Origin: a virus
Taxonomy: Duplodnaviria > Caudoviricetes
Length of the DNA stretch: 47,389 nt
IMG/VR virus record: IMGVR_UViG_3300034894_000017
Location: 1 to 47,389 of that record
Strand: one strand, 5' to 3'
Each line of letters starts with the position of its first letter. The stretch's first letter is position 1. A program made the translations under genes and the position numbers. A model generated the notes under the pieces. The model made no database searches. It was not told where the DNA came from and saw only the letters and a program-made list of their open reading frames with translations. This document shows, one piece after another, positions 43,752-47,389 of this stretch.

Positions 43752-45157
43752 TCGTGGGTTCTCCCGTTGCTGCGTGGTTGCTCGTCGTCGTAGCCAAACG
43801 ACTCCTGCGTGGGCTGGCGCTCGCACTCAGCGAGCGGCTCGAAGCGTGTGAACGCGCTCTGCCAAACCATGCAGACAGTCCCGAGCGGACCGCTGCGTTG
43901 CTTCGCGATCACGATCTCCGCGATGCCCTTCTTCTCGGTGTTCGGGTCGTACACTTCCTCGCGGTGGATGAAGAGCACGGTGTCGGCGTCCTGCTCGATC
44001 GCCCCCGACTCACGCAGGTCGCTGAGCCGTGGACGGCGGTCCTGGCCCGAGCGCGACTCGATCCCGCGGTTGAGCTGCGAGAGCGCCACGACCGGGCACT
44101 GCAGCTCGCCGGCAAGGCTCTTGAGCGCGCCGCTGATCTCGGCGACCTCGCGCTCGCGTTGCTGCGCCCTGCCCTCTGCGCGGGCGATCTGCAGGTAGTC
44201 CACCAGCACGAGTCCAAGCCGGCCCTTCTCGCGTGCAAGGCGCTTGGCTTCGCGCCGGAGCTCGCTGATGCGCGTGTCGCGCCGCTCGATGAAGTACACC
44301 GGCAGCCGTGAGAGCTCGTCGGCGGTGATCGCCAGATGCCGCAGTTCGTCGGCGGATAGCTGCGCCGCGCGGATGCGCCGCAGGTTGATGCTGCCCTCGG
44401 AAGCGAGCAGCCGGTGCGTCAACTGCTCGCCCGTCATTTCGAGCTCGAGCGACAGCACGGGCTGCTTGGTGCTCTGCGCGATGCCGAGCTTGATCGCGTT
44501 CGCCAGCGCCGTCTTGCCCATGCCGGGCCGGCCAGCGATCACGATCAGATCGCCCGGCACGAAGCCCCCGATCGCGTGATCGAGCACCGGCATGCCGCAC
44601 GAGTGCCCAAGGAGCGATTGCCCGCGTTCTTGCCGTTGAGCAAGCGCAGTGTAGCTCGCGTCGAGCGCGTCGGAGAGCGTCGTGACGCGCATGTCGCTGC
44701 AGCGTCGTTCAGCGATGCCGGCGAGCGCCGAACCCGCGCGATCGAGATAGTCCGCGACGTCGCTCATGGGCTCGGTGCCCTCTTCCGCGATTCGCAGCGC
44801 CTGGCGCATGACTTCGCGCACGCTCGCAAGATCGTGAACGCGCTTGGCCATCTGCGCGGTGTGCGTCGTCGTCGGGATCGTGTCGGTGAGCGCGATGAGG
44901 TACTCGTCGTCGCCGGCGGCCTCGAGCTTGTCGACCATGAGCAGCTGCGATCGGAGCAGCACGAGATCGATTGCGCCGCCCGACTTCGCGAGCGCTCCCA
45001 TCGCGCGCCAGATCTCGGCGTGACGTGGCGCGTAGAAGTCGCTCGGATGGAGCAGCTCACTGGCAATCGGCCAGCACTCACGCGCGTCGAGCAGCACCGC
45101 GCCGAGCACTGCGCGCTCTGCCTGATCGTCGTGCGGAAAGTGCAGTTGCATGCTCAC
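43748..45157 (-). CDS. dnaB: Replicative DNA helicase
   Basis: AERAVLGAVL, IAGRPGMGKT, LEM, VDYLQ, LSQLNR, RPRLSDLRESGAIEQDAD, AKQRSGP. Confidence 0.97.
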   Translation of the reverse strand: MSMQLHFPHDDQAERAVLGAVLLDARECWPIASELLHPSDFYAPRHAEIWRAMGALAKSGGAIDLVLLRSQLLMVDKLEAAGDDEYLIALTDTIPTTTHTAQMAKRVHDLASVREVMRQALRIAEEGTEPMSDVADYLDRAGSALAGIAERRCSDMRVTTLSDALDASYTALAQRQERGQSLLGHSCGMPVLDHAIGGFVPGDLIVIAGRPGMGKTALANAIKLGIAQSTKQPVLSLELEMTGEQLTHRLLASEGSINLRRIRAAQLSADELRHLAITADELSRLPVYFIERRDTRISELRREAKRLAREKGRLGLVLVDYLQIARAEGRAQQREREVAEISGALKSLAGELQCPVVALSQLNRGIESRSGQDRRPRLSDLRESGAIEQDADTVLFIHREEVYDPNTEKKGIAEIVIAKQRSGPLGTVCMVWQSAFTRFEPLAECERQPTQESFGYDDEQPRSNGRTHE

Positions 45158-46209
45158 TTCGGGATCTCCTCGAGCGCGGGATACGGTTGGTGCTCAGGGC
45201 GCAACGCGGTGCTCGAGCCGTTGCCAGTTGCACGTGCAACACCGCTGCCGCTCTTCCACGCGAGCGCTTCAACGAGATCGCGTGTCATGCCCTCGACGAG
45301 AAGCTGCGGCGTCGGGTTCGGAACGCGACCGCTTCGAACCGGCCCGTGCGGCGCGTTCCAGAAGTACTCGAGCAGGTCGCGAAGTGACGCATGCGGCTCG
45401 CTGAGCTGGCCAAGCGCGGCCACGATGGCCTCGAAGTGCCGACGATGGTGCTCGAGCGGCTGGAACAGCACGCCCTTGCAACCGAGCGCCTGCCACGCCG
45501 CTTTGCCGACGCGGTGCCACTCGGCGGCAACGGCCTTGCTGGTCAGCTTGCCGTTGGCTCGGACGACCTCGGCGGCTTCTTCTCGGTCCGTTGTGAGCTT
45601 TTGTGAGGTCCTCTTGGCGGTGGTGGTGGTGGCTGTTCGCGCGCGATCAGAAACAGCAACTACCTCTGCAATTTCAGCAGGATCTCCCTGAGAAGCAGAA
45701 GATCTGAGAAGAAGATCTTGATCGGATCCTTGAGATCCGACGCGAGGCGTTACATCAAGCGTTACATCCCCTGCATGTAACGCCGTTACAGGCCCCGTTA
45801 CATCACGCGTTACAGGTGGCGTTTCACCATGCGTTACACGCGCCATGTGTAACGGCGTTACACGAGCGTTACTGCGCCGTTTCCGGTGAGCCTTGACCCG
45901 GGCGTTGGTCTTGGCCCGGCCATCCTCCTCCTTGGCTCGGGTGGGGTTCCGGTCTAGCCAATCGTGGAAGCGGTAGCCGTCGGGAGCGTCCTCCCACAAT
46001 CCAACGCGCACCAGCTCCTCGGCGGCCTTCGGCTTGAACGCGAAGCGCTTGACCTGCGCGTGCGGGATGAATCCCTCGAGGTTCCACCTCCGCACCCAGG
46101 ACCCGGAGAGCACCCAAAGAGCGATCGCATCGCCGCGGCACGGGCCGTCGTCCAACGCGACCATCTTCGGGTGGTCGTAGACGGAGTCCTCGACGCGAAA
46201 CCAGCTCAT
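45154..46209 (-). CDS. Replication initiator protein
   Basis: WFRVED...HPK...LWV...GFIP...LVRVGLW...FHDW...N; upstream of dnaB; internal iteron array. Confidence 0.85.
   Translation of the reverse strand: MSWFRVEDSVYDHPKMVALDDGPCRGDAIALWVLSGSWVRRWNLEGFIPHAQVKRFAFKPKAAEELVRVGLWEDAPDGYRFHDWLDRNPTRAKEEDGRAKTNARVKAHRKRRSNARVTPLHMARVTHGETPPVTRDVTGPVTALHAGDVTLDVTPRVGSQGSDQDLLLRSSASQGDPAEIAEVVAVSDRARTATTTTAKRTSQKLTTDREEAAEVVRANGKLTSKAVAAEWHRVGKAAWQALGCKGVLFQPLEHHRRHFEAIVAALGQLSEPHASLRDLLEYFWNAPHGPVRSGRVPNPTPQLLVEGMTRDLVEALAWKSGSGVARATGNGSSTALRPEHQPYPALEEIPK
45681..45873. repeat. Putative replication origin (iterons plus GATC-rich tract)
   Basis: CGTTACA at 45748, 45760, 45784, 45796, 45808, 45832, 45856; inverted copies at 45776 and 45848; six GATC in 45681-45737. 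Confidence 0.8.
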
Positions 46210-46892
46210 GCGCGCTCCTTCGTGAGCACGGAGAGCGTCTCCCGAGCGCATGCGATCGCGTCGCGCCAGATGTCGGAACCGCTGAACCGAAACACGAGGT
46301 GCCCACGAGCTTGCATGTAGCGGTCACGTGCCTTGTCCGCGGTCGCCTGCTCCTTGCTCTTCTCGTGGAACTCGTGCCCGTCGCACTCCACGACCATGGT
46401 TCGGTGAAAATGAGGCCATGCATCGAGCACGCCCGGTTGCCACACCAGCAGGAAATCGGCGCGATACGGACCAATGGACAGTTGTGGATACACGACGATT
46501 CGCGGGACGCGCTTGTATGGCGGTCTCAAGTCGAATGCGCATGACGTAGCCACCGCCGGCGGAAACAACAGGAACCGAGCAAGGTGGTGCCAACACTCAG
46601 GCTGGCGTCCGCACCAAACGCACAGCTCACGCTGGCTGCAGCCCCACTCGATCATCGCCGCAGCCAGGAACGCGCGTTCAATGGGCGATTCGCAGCGAGC
46701 GAGAATGCGTCTGATCTGCTCGTATAAAGCGCCCGTGGCCGCGCACCCTGCTGTTCGCCTCGCCAAGGTCCAAGCGAGTTGGTCCTCGAGGCCATCAGGC
46801 GGGATGCAATACCGCGCGAGGGTGGCCTCGAACTGTTCGATCCAGCGCGTCGGCCAGAACTCGTCCAGGTTGTCGTGCCCGCCCAGCGCCAC
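46206..46892 (-). CDS. DUF559/Vsr-like PD-(D/E)XK endonuclease
   Basis: CESPIE, Q..IGPYRADF, VVECDGHEFH, DKARDR...VFRFSGSDI. Confidence 0.88.
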   Translation of the reverse strand: MALGGHDNLDEFWPTRWIEQFEATLARYCIPPDGLEDQLAWTLARRTAGCAATGALYEQIRRILARCESPIERAFLAAAMIEWGCSQRELCVWCGRQPECWHHLARFLLFPPAVATSCAFDLRPPYKRVPRIVVYPQLSIGPYRADFLLVWQPGVLDAWPHFHRTMVVECDGHEFHEKSKEQATADKARDRYMQARGHLVFRFSGSDIWRDAIACARETLSVLTKERA

Positions 46893-46900
46893 GTTGCCCC

Positions 46901-47389
46901 CTACGCCGCCGGCTGCGGTTGACGTCCGCGCGTCCTCGTCTTCACCGACTCCGTCCCGGGCACCTCCGTCCCGGGCACGTCCCCACCCTCGTCGTCTCCC
47001 TCATCCTCGAGCGCCTCCTCGTCCTCGCCCCCGAGCTCGTCGTCCTGGTTGTCCTCGTCCTGGTCGTCCTCGTCGGCCGGCTCCTCGTCGTCGAGGTCGA
47101 CCGTCTCCTCGCCGGCGGGCTGCTTGGGCTCGCCGTCGAACAGCGCCTCTTGCCGATCGCCCGCGGTCATGGCCCGCGTGTCGATCACCTCGCCGGTGTC
47201 TTGCCGCACGAGGTGAAAGCAGTTCTGCGCGAAGTCCTCGATCCACGCGCACCGCACGTCGCGCTTCTCGGTGCCGCTGTCGATCACGCCGGCGAGCTTG
47301 CGGCGTAGCTCCCGCTGGTGCTTGATGCTCTCGCTGACCCCACTGCGCTCGAGCTCGAGCTCCTCGATCCGCAACTCGGCGTCGGCCAT
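46901..47389 (-). CDS. 3' part of the origin-spanning hypothetical protein with acidic tail
   Basis: VRQDTGEVIDTRAMTAGDRQEALF; true start at 205 across the join. Confidence 0.8.
   Translation of the reverse strand: MADAELRIEELELERSGVSESIKHQRELRRKLAGVIDSGTEKRDVRCAWIEDFAQNCFHLVRQDTGEVIDTRAMTAGDRQEALFDGEPKQPAGEETVDLDDEEPADEDDQDEDNQDDELGGEDEEALEDEGDDEGGDVPGTEVPGTESVKTRTRGRQPQPAA
47263..47389. repeat. Terminal direct repeat, copy 2
   Basis: Identical to 1-127. Confidence 0.95.

Noticed and set aside
45748-45873. CRISPR or mini-array
   Set aside because: Repeats are 7 bp with 5-bp spacers inside a CDS; no cas genes
41330-46892. Restriction-modification pair (C5 MTase plus DUF559-like nuclease)
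   Set aside because: Genes are 3 kb apart in the replication arm and both types commonly occur alone in phages
47263-47389. Biological direct terminal repeat
   Set aside because: Length equals a common assembly k-mer and it falls mid-gene; better explained as circular overlap

Overview
The window is a complete, circularly permuted temperate phage genome of 47,262 bp. Positions 1-127 repeat exactly at 47263-47389, which looks like an assembly overlap, and one gene reads across the join. The genome is GC-rich and has a contractile tail. Layout: (i) immunity switch at about 0.27-1.86 kb, with two leftward XRE/Cro-like genes, a rightward CI-like repressor, divergent sigma70-like promoters and CTAGGCA operator-like sites; (ii) rightward early operon at 1.9-10.0 kb: YqaJ exonuclease, putative annealing protein, DnaQ-like exonuclease, small ORFs, J-domain protein, Xis and tyrosine integrase; (iii) attP core matching a tmRNA-type 3' end at 10133-10155, lying inside the 5' part of an HNH ORF; (iv) a 3 kb accessory stretch flanked by two gene stumps, carrying three more Xis-like genes, a membrane protein and a polysaccharide-lyase-like lipoprotein; (v) leftward virion genes at 14.1-36.2 kb, from terminase to tail proteins, including a -1 frameshift chaperone; (vi) leftward replication/accessory arm at 36.2-47.3 kb: initiator with an embedded iteron array, DnaB, C5 methyltransferase with five internal repeats, RuvC-like resolvase, an atypical tRNA(CAT) and a long hairpin. 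Best candidates for new biology: an HTH-less paralogue of the repressor C-terminal domain (SinI-like antirepressor), integration that would decapitate the HNH gene, four Xis-like proteins around one integrase, a thrice-repeated non-canonical late promoter with leaderless GTG starts, and no intact endolysin. All family calls come from motif recognition by eye; no searches were run and the host cannot be determined from the sequence.
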